Shown one piece after another: positions 9,545 through 18,083 of a DNA stretch of 64,000 nucleotides (position 1 is the first letter of the stretch; every line of letters begins with the position of its first letter). The notes below the pieces were generated by a model. That model saw only the letters and a list, made by a program, of their open reading frames with translations, was not told where the DNA came from and did no database searches. The translations under genes were made by a program, and so were the position numbers. The DNA is from a virus (taxonomy: Duplodnaviria > Caudoviricetes). The stretch lies in IMG/VR virus record IMGVR_UViG_3300032324_000909, positions 1 through 64,000 of that record. One strand, 5' to 3'.

Positions 9545-10303
9545 CTACTCCTTCTCTAAAACAAAGCTCCAGTATCGGCTATCCGTATAGCCTTGGTTCC
9601 TGTCCCACCAGATACAACGGGCGACATACGAGCTAACATTCCACATTTTGCACATTTCAATCCAATGACGCTCCATCGCGTGATACTGCTTGCTGTCTTT
9701 GGTCTGATCCAATCCGAACAACTGGAACAAGTGAGTGTCCATGCAAGTCACCTCGGCAATAGAGGGATAAACCATCTCAAGGCTAAAGCTAACTTTCGCC
9801 ATGCCAAGGCCAAGCACTTGGTCTACCAGACGATCACGAAATTCTACCCATGACTCGTCCTCTGCTTTCTTGTAGAAATCAATGTTAGCCCAATAGTGTT
9901 CAGCAAAAGCTGTAATGAATTTTGTGCGGTTTTTATGGAGGCCAGCACCACTCTCTACGATCCTACGCTCAAGCTCTTCTGACTTGTTCAGCCACTCCCA
10001 CCAGTTACGGATCATTAGATACCCGTTGATGTTGGAACGCCATGAGGTATGAACGCTCATGAATGCGAACAACCAACGCTGAAAAACTTCCGAAGCATTA
10101 CGAGGAACAACACTATCCCAATATTCGGAGTATGCGACGATCTCCTCGTCTAAAATTGAATTAAAAAACTTGTCTACTTTCGTAGTATCAAGGCGAGGGC
10201 GGTTAATAGTGATCCGATTAAAATCATTATCCCAGAATCTTGATTGTTCGATTGCATTAGTATTAGTAGTTGAGATTGAGTTCCCGATGAAGTCGAGTTG
10301 CAT
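9545..10303 (-). CDS. HhH-GPD superfamily DNA glycosylase (Ogg-like)
   Basis: HhH motif VLGLGMAKVSF followed by CMDTH; promoter TTGTGC-N17-TATTAT. Confidence 0.7.
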   Translation of the reverse strand: MQLDFIGNSISTTNTNAIEQSRFWDNDFNRITINRPRLDTTKVDKFFNSILDEEIVAYSEYWDSVVPRNASEVFQRWLFAFMSVHTSWRSNINGYLMIRNWWEWLNKSEELERRIVESGAGLHKNRTKFITAFAEHYWANIDFYKKAEDESWVEFRDRLVDQVLGLGMAKVSFSLEMVYPSIAEVTCMDTHLFQLFGLDQTKDSKQYHAMERHWIEMCKMWNVSSYVARCIWWDRNQGYTDSRYWSFVLEKE

Positions 10304-10378
10304 GGTGTTGTGGTGTTAGAGGTGAGTATTTATAATAGCCATTCTTGCCTACTAGCACAAGAACAGTTTTACAATTTA

Positions 10379-10455
10379 ATAACTCATTGGTTATCAGCAA
10401 CTTACAGCGCCTGGCCCCCTTGGTCCACGTAACCCATTGATTATCAACAATTAAC
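10379..10455 (-). repeat. composite element R5 (inverted, degenerate core, dyads on both sides)
   Basis: minus strand ...GGGGCCAGGC-gct-GTAAGTTGCTGATAACCAATGAGTTAT; second dyad 10429-10455. Confidence 0.75.
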
Positions 10456-10612
10456 TATATAATTTATACTCGTAATCACTAATACGATTCTGCGCGAACA
10501 AGTCCTGCCGCCAATTAGAGTGCGTAAACTCTATCATATGCATGAGTAGCAGTGATGGCTTGCGCTTCTCGTAACCAAGTAGGTTAATCAGTAATGTGAT
10601 GGGATCTCTCAT
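10451..10612 (-). CDS. 53-aa hypothetical protein (not in ORF track)
   Basis: MRDPITLL...; ATGA overlap with upstream ORF. Confidence 0.5.
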   Translation of the reverse strand: MRDPITLLINLLGYEKRKPSLLLMHMIEFTHSNWRQDLFAQNRISDYEYKLYS

Positions 10613-10788
10613 TTGATTATTTTGTAATGAATTAGGTTCGGTCTTGCTTTGTAGATGGTGGTATTTGAATGGTTATGTCTAGTGTATGTATTGTTTTCTA
10701 ATTTAATCCAACGCTGTGCAAAATTATATGGACTGAACTGCACAATAGTTCCAACAGGCAAGTCTCTAAAGTATAGCACATCTTCCAT
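10609..10788 (-). CDS. 59-aa hypothetical protein, leaderless (not in ORF track)
   Basis: TTGACA-N17-TAATAT-N7-ATG; MEDVLYFRDLPVG... Confidence 0.6.
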   Translation of the reverse strand: MEDVLYFRDLPVGTIVQFSPYNFAQRWIKLENNTYTRHNHSNTTIYKARPNLIHYKIIK

Positions 10789-10824
10789 GACTTTTATATT
10801 AAAAAAAGATTACTGCCGTGTCAA

Positions 10825-11061
10825 TTAGAAAGTTAGAAAATCTTTTCCTTCAGTGGAATTGATTCGTTTTACCTTGTTTTGCATTTTGCGCCAAAGAATA
10901 TGTTTAACCAATTGTTTTTCTTGTGCGGCTATCTGTTCCTCCGAAGTGGCAAGTTTTGGAGAGTAACGGAACATCGGCGTCTTGTGTGACTTGTGATCCT
11001 GATAAACAAGGAAAGAAACTATTGTTACAGATAGAACGGCAAAGAATGGGAAGTATTTCAT
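10825..11061 (-). CDS. small membrane-anchored protein
   Basis: N-terminal hydrophobic helix. Confidence 0.55.
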   Translation of the reverse strand: MKYFPFFAVLSVTIVSFLVYQDHKSHKTPMFRYSPKLATSEEQIAAQEKQLVKHILWRKMQNKVKRINSTEGKDFLTF

Positions 11062-11089
11062 TGTTTTAATTTATTGGTTTTTAACTGAA

Positions 11090-11165
11090 TGGCACACGGC
11101 GAAAGAATCGAACTTTCCCAGTCGGTTTTGGAGACCAACTCGCCAGCCTTGGAACATTGCCGTAT
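11090..11165 (-). tRNA. tRNA-Trp(CCA)
   Basis: minus strand TTGGT-CTCCAAA-ACCGA, CCA end. Confidence 0.85.
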
Positions 11166-11170
11166 AAAAA

Positions 11171-11460
11171 TTGTCCCTGCCCCTCCGTCGAGGGCTATCC
11201 TCGCTAAAGGATTCGGCGTTGCAATCGCACAGGGTGTTGCTTTTCTTTATCTCTCTGCATTCACATCGGCTTCGGAATCCGACCTCCCACGACTTGAGAC
11301 GTGCGTTTGGTAGCATTACTAAAGAAATTGTTATGACTAGAAAATCTCATTCACTTTCGCGGAGATTTATCTTATAGGCTACACGTTCCCTGTGCACTGG
11401 GATTCGCTATCACCTATCGCGGGAGTTCCTTTAGCTTTCGGAACTTGCGCCTAGTCAAGT
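11171..11460 (-). ncRNA. unidentified structured ncRNA between tRNA-Met and tRNA-Trp
   Basis: At least 6 local hairpins, two long-range helices, no convincing ORF. Confidence 0.6.
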
Positions 11461-11461
11461 C

Positions 11462-11533
11462 TGGCAGAGGTGGGAATCGAACCCACTACCTTCACGTTAT
11501 GAGCGTGACGAGATACCAGTTCTCTACTCTGCG
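11462..11533 (-). tRNA. tRNA-Met(CAU), initiator-like
   Basis: C1:C72 mismatch, A11-U24, loop CTCATAA; promoter TTGACG-N17-TATAGT upstream. Confidence 0.85.
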
Positions 11534-11839
11534 TCGAAATGTTCTGTTAAAGATCCTCCTAGATTGTGTTAGACACTGCTAGGTCAGTGCTTATTATTAC
11601 TATAAACTTATTTTCCCATAGCGTCAAACACTTTTTCAAAAAATCCAATTTACGAATGCCGTTTATTTCAAATAGGGGCGAGATTTACGAGCCATGTCCC
11701 CTTAAATAGTTTCCGATGCACTTATACCCATCCCTCATATCTGAAAAACTAACCCAAAAACTATATAACTAATTTGTGGGATTTATTAGTTTCTCACTTA
11801 TATAAGTATAACACAACTTGGATAGCTTGTCAACCCCAG

Positions 11840-11902
11840 TTAAGTTATTGAGTATCAGAGACTTACAGCGCCCGGCCCCGCCCGGCCTACCTTGTAAGAC
11901 AG
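11840..11902 (-). repeat. composite element R6 (inverted)
   Basis: dyad 11840-11866, core 11870-11886, box TTGTAAGACAG 11892-11902. Confidence 0.9.
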
Positions 11903-11914
11903 GCGCTTTCGGCG

Positions 11915-12115
11915 TTACTCGTCGCCTCCCATTGTTTGCTCCCACTCCTCATCCGTGATGCCCGTCTTGTAGAACTCGCGCTCACCATCGGAGAGTTGAG
12001 GGAAGGCGTCTTGCAACAGCCATCCGTTGTTGTACCTCGCCACCTGTACGGCAGTGATGTTGAGGTTGAGGGTGCGGGTGATGCCCGTGAAGGGCGAGGT
12101 GCGTGTTACTTTCAT
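11915..12115 (-). CDS. conserved phage hypothetical protein, leaderless
   Basis: TTGCAG-N17-TATACT-N6-ATG; LQDAFPQLSDGEREFYKTGITDEEW. Confidence 0.7.
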   Translation of the reverse strand: MKVTRTSPFTGITRTLNLNITAVQVARYNNGWLLQDAFPQLSDGEREFYKTGITDEEWEQTMGGDE

Positions 12116-12152
12116 GTGATTAGTATAAAGGAATTCAAAAGGAACTGCAAGT

Positions 12153-12401
12153 CTATTGGAGCTGTTCGGCCTTGTAGTCTCGACCGACCGGTTCCACCCA
12201 GTACTTCTTAGAGAAGTTAACGGCATAGAAGGTCCTATTCATTCGGATACCTTTAAAGACCAGATTGTTAGTCTCATCATCGCGTACGATGAATGACATG
12301 TCGTCCTTCTCGATGAGGTATTTGACCCTCTTAGCCTCCTTCAGAAGGTCTTTAACAAAGGAGGGTGAGCACATTTTAATGAACGTTTCTTTATTTTTCA
12401 T
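12153..12401 (-). CDS. hypothetical protein, leaderless
   Basis: TTGAAT-N17-TATACT-N6-ATG. Confidence 0.7.
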   Translation of the reverse strand: MKNKETFIKMCSPSFVKDLLKEAKRVKYLIEKDDMSFIVRDDETNNLVFKGIRMNRTFYAVNFSKKYWVEPVGRDYKAEQLQ

Positions 12402-12432
12402 ACGATCAGTATAAGGTACTTTAAAGGAACAT

Positions 12433-12630
12433 TCAAGCCAAGAATTTGCCGAATGTCTCCATGCTCATGTAGTATCGCCTCTGAATAGACTCAGGCACCC
12501 TCCAGAAGTTAGAATCGGGTCCATCGCACTCATCATACTCTTTCATCGCCTTCTTGGCTTCATTCATAGCTTCAAAGAAGTCCCGAGCCTTTAAGACGGC
12601 ATCCATGTCGTACTTGATCTTATTTTTCAT
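12433..12630 (-). CDS. hypothetical protein, leaderless
   Basis: TTGTGG-N17-TATACT-N6-ATG. Confidence 0.7.
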   Translation of the reverse strand: MKNKIKYDMDAVLKARDFFEAMNEAKKAMKEYDECDGPDSNFWRVPESIQRRYYMSMETFGKFLA

Positions 12631-12750
12631 ACATTCAGTATATCGCCATATTACAAAAACCACAATAAAAATCTTCAACGAATAAAAATTAATTTATTAA
12701 GAAAAGCTTGACACATATCACTAGTCATAGGTAGTAAGACATATAAGAGC

Positions 12751-12824
12751 TTGTATGACAATTGTCTTGCATTGTTGGCCGGGCGGGGCCGGGCGCCGTA
12801 AGTTGTTGACGTTCAACCATTTAC
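12751..12824 (+). repeat. composite element R7
   Basis: boxes TTGTATGACAA and TTGTCTTGCAT, core 12778-12794, dyad 12798-12824. Confidence 0.9.
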
Positions 12825-12895
12825 ACAGATTGGAATCGTACCAAGCAAAAACCGCGCCCGATGTTAGTCGGGAGCGGCTGATGTTAGGCTAGATG

Positions 12896-13684
12896 TTAGG
12901 CTTCTACAAGAACCGCATCCTGAGCCTCCACGACCTGTTGGGCCGCGATCCCTGCCAGAGGGTCGAGCAAGGCGTGAAGTGCGTCCGAGCGACGAGGCAA
13001 GGCCATTGCGTTACCGCGCAGGACATTGGTGAAGGCGTTGTGAAGACCCCACAGATTGCGCTCGGAACCCCACACCGCGTGTTCGGGTTCGTGCCATTGT
13101 GCGACCACGTCCGCAAGGGCAGTCTTGGAGACCGCGCCGCAACGATACGCCTTGACGATGGTATCGTGAGCGTCCTTGTCGTTGATAGTGCAGGACTGGT
13201 AAGCCTCCACACGCTTCGCGTGGTTGCCCCATGCAGAGGTGAGCTTGCCGAACGCTCCAGCAAGAAGCATGGGAAGGTCACGCAAGATGAACTTTGTATG
13301 ACGACGAGCGATCTTGATCTCGTTGTGAAACGCGAGGTTGTCGCACACGAAAGGCGCGGAACCAGCGTTGATGCCAGCAGGGAATGACTTGTCGTGAGAG
13401 TTACGCAAGCCGATAACAGTCCCCACGGTTTCCGCTAGGGAAAAGTTAGGAATGCCCGACACTTGGAAAAGGCCGAAGTAGCGTTGACCGTCACGAGCGA
13501 GAGCATGACGCTCCTGCACGATTTCAAGGCCAGCGGTTGCGACCGTCTCGCGCAGTCCCTCGATGATGCGAGAGTGCGGGATTGGATGCCACGACTCGGT
13601 GGCGTTAGGGGTGATGGAGTTTGCGACCTGCTCCGTGGAGACTTCATGACCGCCGCAGTGTAGTGTGAGGTTTAGTGCTTTCAT
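12896..13684 (-). CDS. DUF932-family phage/plasmid protein
   Basis: GLRNSHDKS...AG...FVCDNLAF, RRHT, LWGLHNAFT. Confidence 0.8.
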   Translation of the reverse strand: MKALNLTLHCGGHEVSTEQVANSITPNATESWHPIPHSRIIEGLRETVATAGLEIVQERHALARDGQRYFGLFQVSGIPNFSLAETVGTVIGLRNSHDKSFPAGINAGSAPFVCDNLAFHNEIKIARRHTKFILRDLPMLLAGAFGKLTSAWGNHAKRVEAYQSCTINDKDAHDTIVKAYRCGAVSKTALADVVAQWHEPEHAVWGSERNLWGLHNAFTNVLRGNAMALPRRSDALHALLDPLAGIAAQQVVEAQDAVLVEA

Positions 13685-13766
13685 TAGGTTCTAATCATCC
13701 TACTTTTTTCGGTGCGACACAATACCTTTTTTACAATTTTGTGCGATTTCATTTTCACGATTTCTG

Positions 13767-13924
13767 TTGACAGTTATAGAGCTAGTGTTTATGCGGCTCG
13801 GCTGGCTATTTGATCCGCAGCCGGTACCCCACCCCTACAGCCTGTATTCATGCGGCTTCGACGTTGTAAGACAAACCGCCCGGCGGGGCCCGGTGCCGCA
13901 AGTCGTTGATATTCAGCAACTTAC
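13767..13924 (+). repeat. composite element R8 with upstream 59-bp-period direct repeats
   Basis: TTGACA, two TASAGCYWGTRTTYATGCGGCT units, box 13864, core 13878-13894, dyad 13898-13924. Confidence 0.9.
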
Positions 13925-14050
13925 GGCGATCCGGTTCTGGCGATGTTATATTAGCGCATTTCCTTCTCCTTTTTTATCTCTTTAGATTTAAGTGAATTAT
14001 TGTGGCCACTAAAAAGCATATTAGTAAAAGTTCCATTGTATGACATCCGG

Positions 14051-14731
14051 TTAGGGCTGAAGGACAAAGCCCGAAGCGTCTTTCTTGCCCTTGCCCTTGG
14101 CGACTAGGCCGACGATCACACCCTTGTCATCCAGAAAGCGTAGATCGGTGTCGTCGCCGTTCACAACCTTTTTTCCAAGGTAGGTTTCAGGGAGTGAACC
14201 AGCAAACACCGCCGCGATGTTTCCGCCCATGCTTGCAATCAATTCAACCATTGCCTGATTATTTTCCTTTCTTGAAAAGGTAAGGTGATAATTTTTCGGC
14301 AACTCACCGCGCAAGTGTGCGATCATGCGTTTAGGGTTCGGCGTGTAGTCGTAAAAGGTGACATCTTGGAACTCTTTCATGTCGATAAGATTTTCCCAAG
14401 GGAGATCCGAAAGCACATTTAGACGCACCGCGAGCTTCATGCCCTTCCGCTTTGAGGTTTTAATTGCCGAACGGATTTCCTTGTTCAGTTGTCCAAGGAA
14501 AGTTTCCTTTTGTTCGATGAAGTAACGCGACTTTTTCAGTCGTGCCGCTTGCACATTAGAAAAAACACCCATGCCCGAAGTGTTGAGGCAAGCCGCCGCG
14601 CATCCTGCCGAAGCATGGGAACAAAAGTTTTTGCCGGAAAGATTGTAAGGTGACAGGGACAGGCCAAGCGTAAGCCAACCGAGTTTTTCGCCCTTTTTGA
14701 TTTTCGTGTTGTTTGGTGATAGGAGTTTCAT
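14051..14731 (-). CDS. GP88-family phage protein
   Basis: CSHASAGCAAAC, RLNVLSDLPW, FYDYT, NYHLTFS, DLRFLD. Confidence 0.75.
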   Translation of the reverse strand: MKLLSPNNTKIKKGEKLGWLTLGLSLSPYNLSGKNFCSHASAGCAAACLNTSGMGVFSNVQAARLKKSRYFIEQKETFLGQLNKEIRSAIKTSKRKGMKLAVRLNVLSDLPWENLIDMKEFQDVTFYDYTPNPKRMIAHLRGELPKNYHLTFSRKENNQAMVELIASMGGNIAAVFAGSLPETYLGKKVVNGDDTDLRFLDDKGVIVGLVAKGKGKKDASGFVLQP

Positions 14732-14783
14732 GGTTTATATGTTGGCAGAGTTTCGTTGTTCGGTAAAGATATTTTTTACAATT

Positions 14784-15290
14784 TTATTCATTATTGCACC
14801 AGTCACTTTGACCTTCGCGGATTGCGTGACCCTCTGGCACACGATCAGTTGACCAGCCCATGAAGTTTTCCCTTGGTAGTGCCTTGAAAGTATCCGTTGC
14901 CGCTTGTAGTGCATCCGCTTTGAACTTTTCGGCGTTGCCCTTGTATTGCGCGGAGATTGGAGAATCTTGCCAAAGCCTAATGTTTTCCCATGTAAGACCG
15001 CGCACGATGTCGGCTTCAGTTGTCAAGAAGTAGGCGAATCTCTCGCCAATGTAGTGCAGGAAACCATCTCCCAGCGTTTGCCCGTTGCTTGCCCATCCTC
15101 CCTCCTCGTCGATGTTGCTTGTGACATTTGCCCCTGCAATTCCGAGATTGAAAAAACGATTGAAAGAGCGTTCGATCTGTGTCTTGGTTCCAGAAAGGCC
15201 AAGTGCCAAGCCGTTTCCATAACATGAAATCATCTCGTTAGCGAAGGCGTGAAGGGTTGCGTGTGGGGGTTGCGTTGTGTTGGTTGTCAT
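14784..15290 (-). CDS. hypothetical protein, leaderless
   Basis: TTGCAA-N17-TAGTCT-N6-ATG. Confidence 0.7.
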   Translation of the reverse strand: MTTNTTQPPHATLHAFANEMISCYGNGLALGLSGTKTQIERSFNRFFNLGIAGANVTSNIDEEGGWASNGQTLGDGFLHYIGERFAYFLTTEADIVRGLTWENIRLWQDSPISAQYKGNAEKFKADALQAATDTFKALPRENFMGWSTDRVPEGHAIREGQSDWCNNE

Positions 15291-15368
15291 AGGTAAAGAC
15301 TACGATCAGGCGCGACGGATTGCAAAACCTTTTTCACTTTTTCTGAAACTTTTTTTGTGCGAAACTTG

Positions 15369-15527
15369 TTGACAGCCCGCAGAGCCTGTGTTTATGCGGC
15401 TCCGTGGGTTATTCAATCCCCAGCCCATGCCCTGCTTCTAGAGCCTGTGTTTATGCGGCTTCGACATTGTAAGACAACTCGCCCGGCGGGGCCCGGCGTT
15501 GTAAGTAGTTGAAGATCAGCGACTTAG
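15369..15527 (+). repeat. composite element R9 with upstream 59-bp-period direct repeats
   Basis: units at 15380 and 15439, box 15467, core 15481-15497, dyad 15501-15527. Confidence 0.9.
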
Positions 15528-15949
15528 AAAGATTGCGTCTCTCGGAGGTATGTTAGGCGATGATTAGATATTAAGTAAGCCTCTTCTAGACGCTGAAGCG
15601 GACGATTTAATCCCGTGTCGTAAATTGTTCCGTTTATGATAGCAAAAGCGTGAACATTAGTTGCGACATAGTAGCGACCAGTTGGGTTCTCTTTAATGAA
15701 CCTCCCAATCGTTACACTTTTGTAATGCTTTTTCTTATATGCTATGCCATACTCTCGTTTGGCATACTTCAAAAGTTTTTCTGGACTAAATCCTTTTTTA
15801 TTCTTGCGTCCTGCTTCCGCTCCGATCTTGTGCGCAAATTTGTATGGGATGCCTGCACTAATCGCCAAAGCTCGGATTGTGCAATCTCCTTTCTCTTCGA
15901 TTCCAGAACTAGAGCGGCCTCCGTCTGTTGCATTTGTTTTTAATTGCAT
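15524..15949 (-). CDS. conserved phage hypothetical protein (DC-xx-RA / H motif)
   Basis: GDCTIRALA...HAFAIINGTIYD; stop codon inside the R9 dyad. Confidence 0.65.
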   Translation of the reverse strand: MQLKTNATDGGRSSSGIEEKGDCTIRALAISAGIPYKFAHKIGAEAGRKNKKGFSPEKLLKYAKREYGIAYKKKHYKSVTIGRFIKENPTGRYYVATNVHAFAIINGTIYDTGLNRPLQRLEEAYLISNHRLTYLRETQSF

Positions 15950-16011
15950 TTTTATTTGTTTACGACAAAAGCCCGACTAGGGAGACGCTTCCCCCTAGTC
16001 GAGCAAGGCAA

Positions 16012-16281
16012 TTAGGCGATCAGTTCAAACCTGACAATGCGATCCAAGCGGAACCTACGGATATCATCCACAGCAGGGACATAACAGGTGATTCCCTCGC
16101 CAGCAGGAGAGTTGACACCCTTGTCCTCTTTATAGAAGAACTTTCCGAAAGGACGGGAAACATGATACTCCTTCGGCTCAAAGCGATTCGACTCTGCCTT
16201 GTAAACGATGCGGTAGGTCTTGCACAATCCGATGGCATAAGCAATCTTGATGAACATGAGGTTGAGGTTTAGTTTTTTCAT
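16012..16281 (-). CDS. small WYL/SH3-like protein
   Basis: C-terminal IRRFRLDRIV motif; hairpin terminator at ~15968-16005. Confidence 0.55.
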   Translation of the reverse strand: MKKLNLNLMFIKIAYAIGLCKTYRIVYKAESNRFEPKEYHVSRPFGKFFYKEDKGVNSPAGEGITCYVPAVDDIRRFRLDRIVRFELIA

Positions 16282-16347
16282 TGTTTTGTTTTGTTGGTTG
16301 TGTTGGTGTTTAGTGTGATTCTATTTTTACAATTTTTGTGCGTGGTG

Positions 16348-16554
16348 TCAAGAGACGATTTCGATGCTTTGTGATGCCCTATATGCGCCGATCATGTCGC
16401 GGATGCGGTTGTTCTGTAGCTTCACAAGTCCGCTAGTCGCGCCCCAGTATTTCACCGCTTCGCGACGGCTCTTGATTTCGTTCTGAATTGAAATCGCGAG
16501 GAAGGTGCGGATGTTGCAGACATTGTTGAAGTTGAGGGATGCTTTCTTTTTCAT
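16348..16554 (-). CDS. hypothetical protein, paralog of 20367-20576
   Basis: LNFNNVCNIRTFLAISI..EIKSRRE.V.YWG shared with the paralog. Confidence 0.75.
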   Translation of the reverse strand: MKKKASLNFNNVCNIRTFLAISIQNEIKSRREAVKYWGATSGLVKLQNNRIRDMIGAYRASQSIEIVS

Positions 16555-16631
16555 GATTAAAGAATACTATGCGCCCACAAAAAAACCCAGAAAAAAATGC
16601 GGCTAGGCGAAACTTTTTTTTGCGAAAAGGC

Positions 16632-16734
16632 TTGACAAGATTCGCGCACTATGATATAAGATGTATGACAATTGTCTTGCATTGTTTACCGGGCGGGGCC
16701 GGGCGCTGTAACCCTTTGATTATCAGCGACTTAT
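16632..16734 (+). repeat. composite element R10 with inward promoter
   Basis: TTGACA-N17-TATAAG, two boxes, core 16688-16704, dyad 16708-16734. Confidence 0.9.
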
Positions 16735-16980
16735 GAATACTGGCGTATACTCTCCGACATATGCGCCAAGGATGTTAAATTCAAAGTATTCTTCAGCCTC
16801 TTCGCGACTCATTCCGTCCAACATTAGTTTGAGAATTATTTTCTCGACATCGTATGCCAGAACATCAACGGAACCGCAACGAGAAGCAACGCCGATTACC
16901 GCATCATCAAAGCCGTCTGCCTTGAGAACATCGGGATCCACCCTTTCCAAAAGTTCTTCAAGATTAAACTCCATAATCAT
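16723..16980 (-). CDS. conserved phage hypothetical protein
   Basis: ADGFDDAVIG..YD..EEAEEYFEFNILGAYVGEYTP. Confidence 0.75.
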   Translation of the reverse strand: MIMEFNLEELLERVDPDVLKADGFDDAVIGVASRCGSVDVLAYDVEKIILKLMLDGMSREEAEEYFEFNILGAYVGEYTPVFISR

Positions 16981-17137
16981 CTCCTATATCAAAACGATCT
17001 TCATAGGATGCATCCAGATAATCGTCTGGCTGACTCTCCCGTGGTTCGTCCATGTCTCTCGGCGTATGACCAAGCTCATGCTCATCGTTGTAGATTTCGG
17101 GTTCGTTTTCGTCGTGGTTGGGGTCTGTCATAGTCAT
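16964..17137 (-). CDS. small acidic protein
   Basis: D/E-rich ORF in operon context. Confidence 0.55.
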   Translation of the reverse strand: MTMTDPNHDENEPEIYNDEHELGHTPRDMDEPRESQPDDYLDASYEDRFDIGDDYGV

Positions 17138-17141
17138 AGTA

Positions 17142-17360
17142 TTAGCTATTTTTATTTGAATTGCTAGACTTAAAAAGTATTTGAGCAAGCCAAGTAATGC
17201 CTATCGCTTGGAGATAGGTAATCGTCTTGATTCCGAAAATTGCGGGCATTAGCCAGTTCCAGAGAAAGGCTACCAGAACAGCGTTAAGGAATACAATTAA
17301 TCCCCCAAGACAAACTGCACTCATGAGTAATACAATTTTTTCAGAGAGTTCCTTGTTCAT
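17142..17360 (-). CDS. small membrane protein, leaderless
   Basis: LWNWLMPAIFG..ITYLQA; TTGACC-N17-TTTAAT-N6-ATG. Confidence 0.7.
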   Translation of the reverse strand: MNKELSEKIVLLMSAVCLGGLIVFLNAVLVAFLWNWLMPAIFGIKTITYLQAIGITWLAQILFKSSNSNKNS

Positions 17361-17391
17361 AATCTTATTAAAGTATTTTTTGGTTATGGGG

Positions 17392-17598
17392 TCAAGCCTC
17401 TTCGATGGTAATCTTAAACTTCTGATCGGCTGTATTCCATTGAGTCGATTCGATAAAGAATCTGGTCATCTTTGCGTTGGAAGTGACAACTGGGTTTGCA
17501 AGTGTAGCCCAGCCTACATCGTAATCAGTAATAGAAGAAATGATAAGGTCGGCAATCTCTTCCTTTGTTAGGGCTGTTGGGGCTTTCTTGTTTTTCAT
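17392..17598 (-). CDS. hypothetical protein
   Basis: own TTGACA promoter overlapping the upstream stop. Confidence 0.6.
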   Translation of the reverse strand: MKNKKAPTALTKEEIADLIISSITDYDVGWATLANPVVTSNAKMTRFFIESTQWNTADQKFKITIEEA

Positions 17599-17629
17599 AC
17601 TATGATGAGTATATTTTTTGGTTATAGTG

Positions 17630-17857
17630 TCAAGCCTCTCCGATTGCCCTTGCGAATGCGCGGAAGTCGTTAATCAGTCCAGAGACATTGCCGGTAGTCT
17701 CGCAGAACGCAAGGCCAAAGGTAATTGCCGCATCACGCTCAACCTGTATTTGCAGGAGTTTCTTTACCATCTCACGGCGAGGAACATTTGCCGTTGCCTC
17801 TTCAAAGGCATTAAGCATAAGATCAAAATCCATTTTATTAAAATTGTTTTTAATCAT
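17630..17857 (-). CDS. hypothetical protein
   Basis: start re-called to MIKNNF. Confidence 0.55.
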   Translation of the reverse strand: MIKNNFNKMDFDLMLNAFEEATANVPRREMVKKLLQIQVERDAAITFGLAFCETTGNVSGLINDFRAFARAIGEA

Positions 17858-17867
17858 ATTATTATTT

Positions 17868-18074
17868 TTAGACTTTAAGGCTATTGATTGCATTGTGCAA
17901 GGAATCATATGCACACGCTTTTTTGAATGTTGCTTGGTTGAAGTTTGGATTAATGTCCTTGAAGGTATCACAGAGGGCATCAATCATCTCTCTACCCTTC
18001 CAGTAATCCACTTCCCCACTTTCCATTAGGGGCTTTATCTTTGAAGCTATTTTAATGAAGTGTTTTTTAGTCAT
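17868..18074 (-). CDS. conserved phage hypothetical protein
   Basis: MTKKHFIKIA...NPNFNQATFKKAC. Confidence 0.7.
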   Translation of the reverse strand: MTKKHFIKIASKIKPLMESGEVDYWKGREMIDALCDTFKDINPNFNQATFKKACAYDSLHNAINSLKV

Positions 18075-18083
18075 ATTGTTTTC

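Noticed and set aside
11171-11460. RNase P RNA, tmRNA, or the short ORFs listed in the track
   Set aside because: Signature motifs are absent; the ORFs overlap tRNA-Trp or the hairpins and lack start signals
13777-15460. Repeat-spacer-repeat units as mini-CRISPR arrays
   Set aside because: The two spacers are homologous to each other and there are only two repeats per locus
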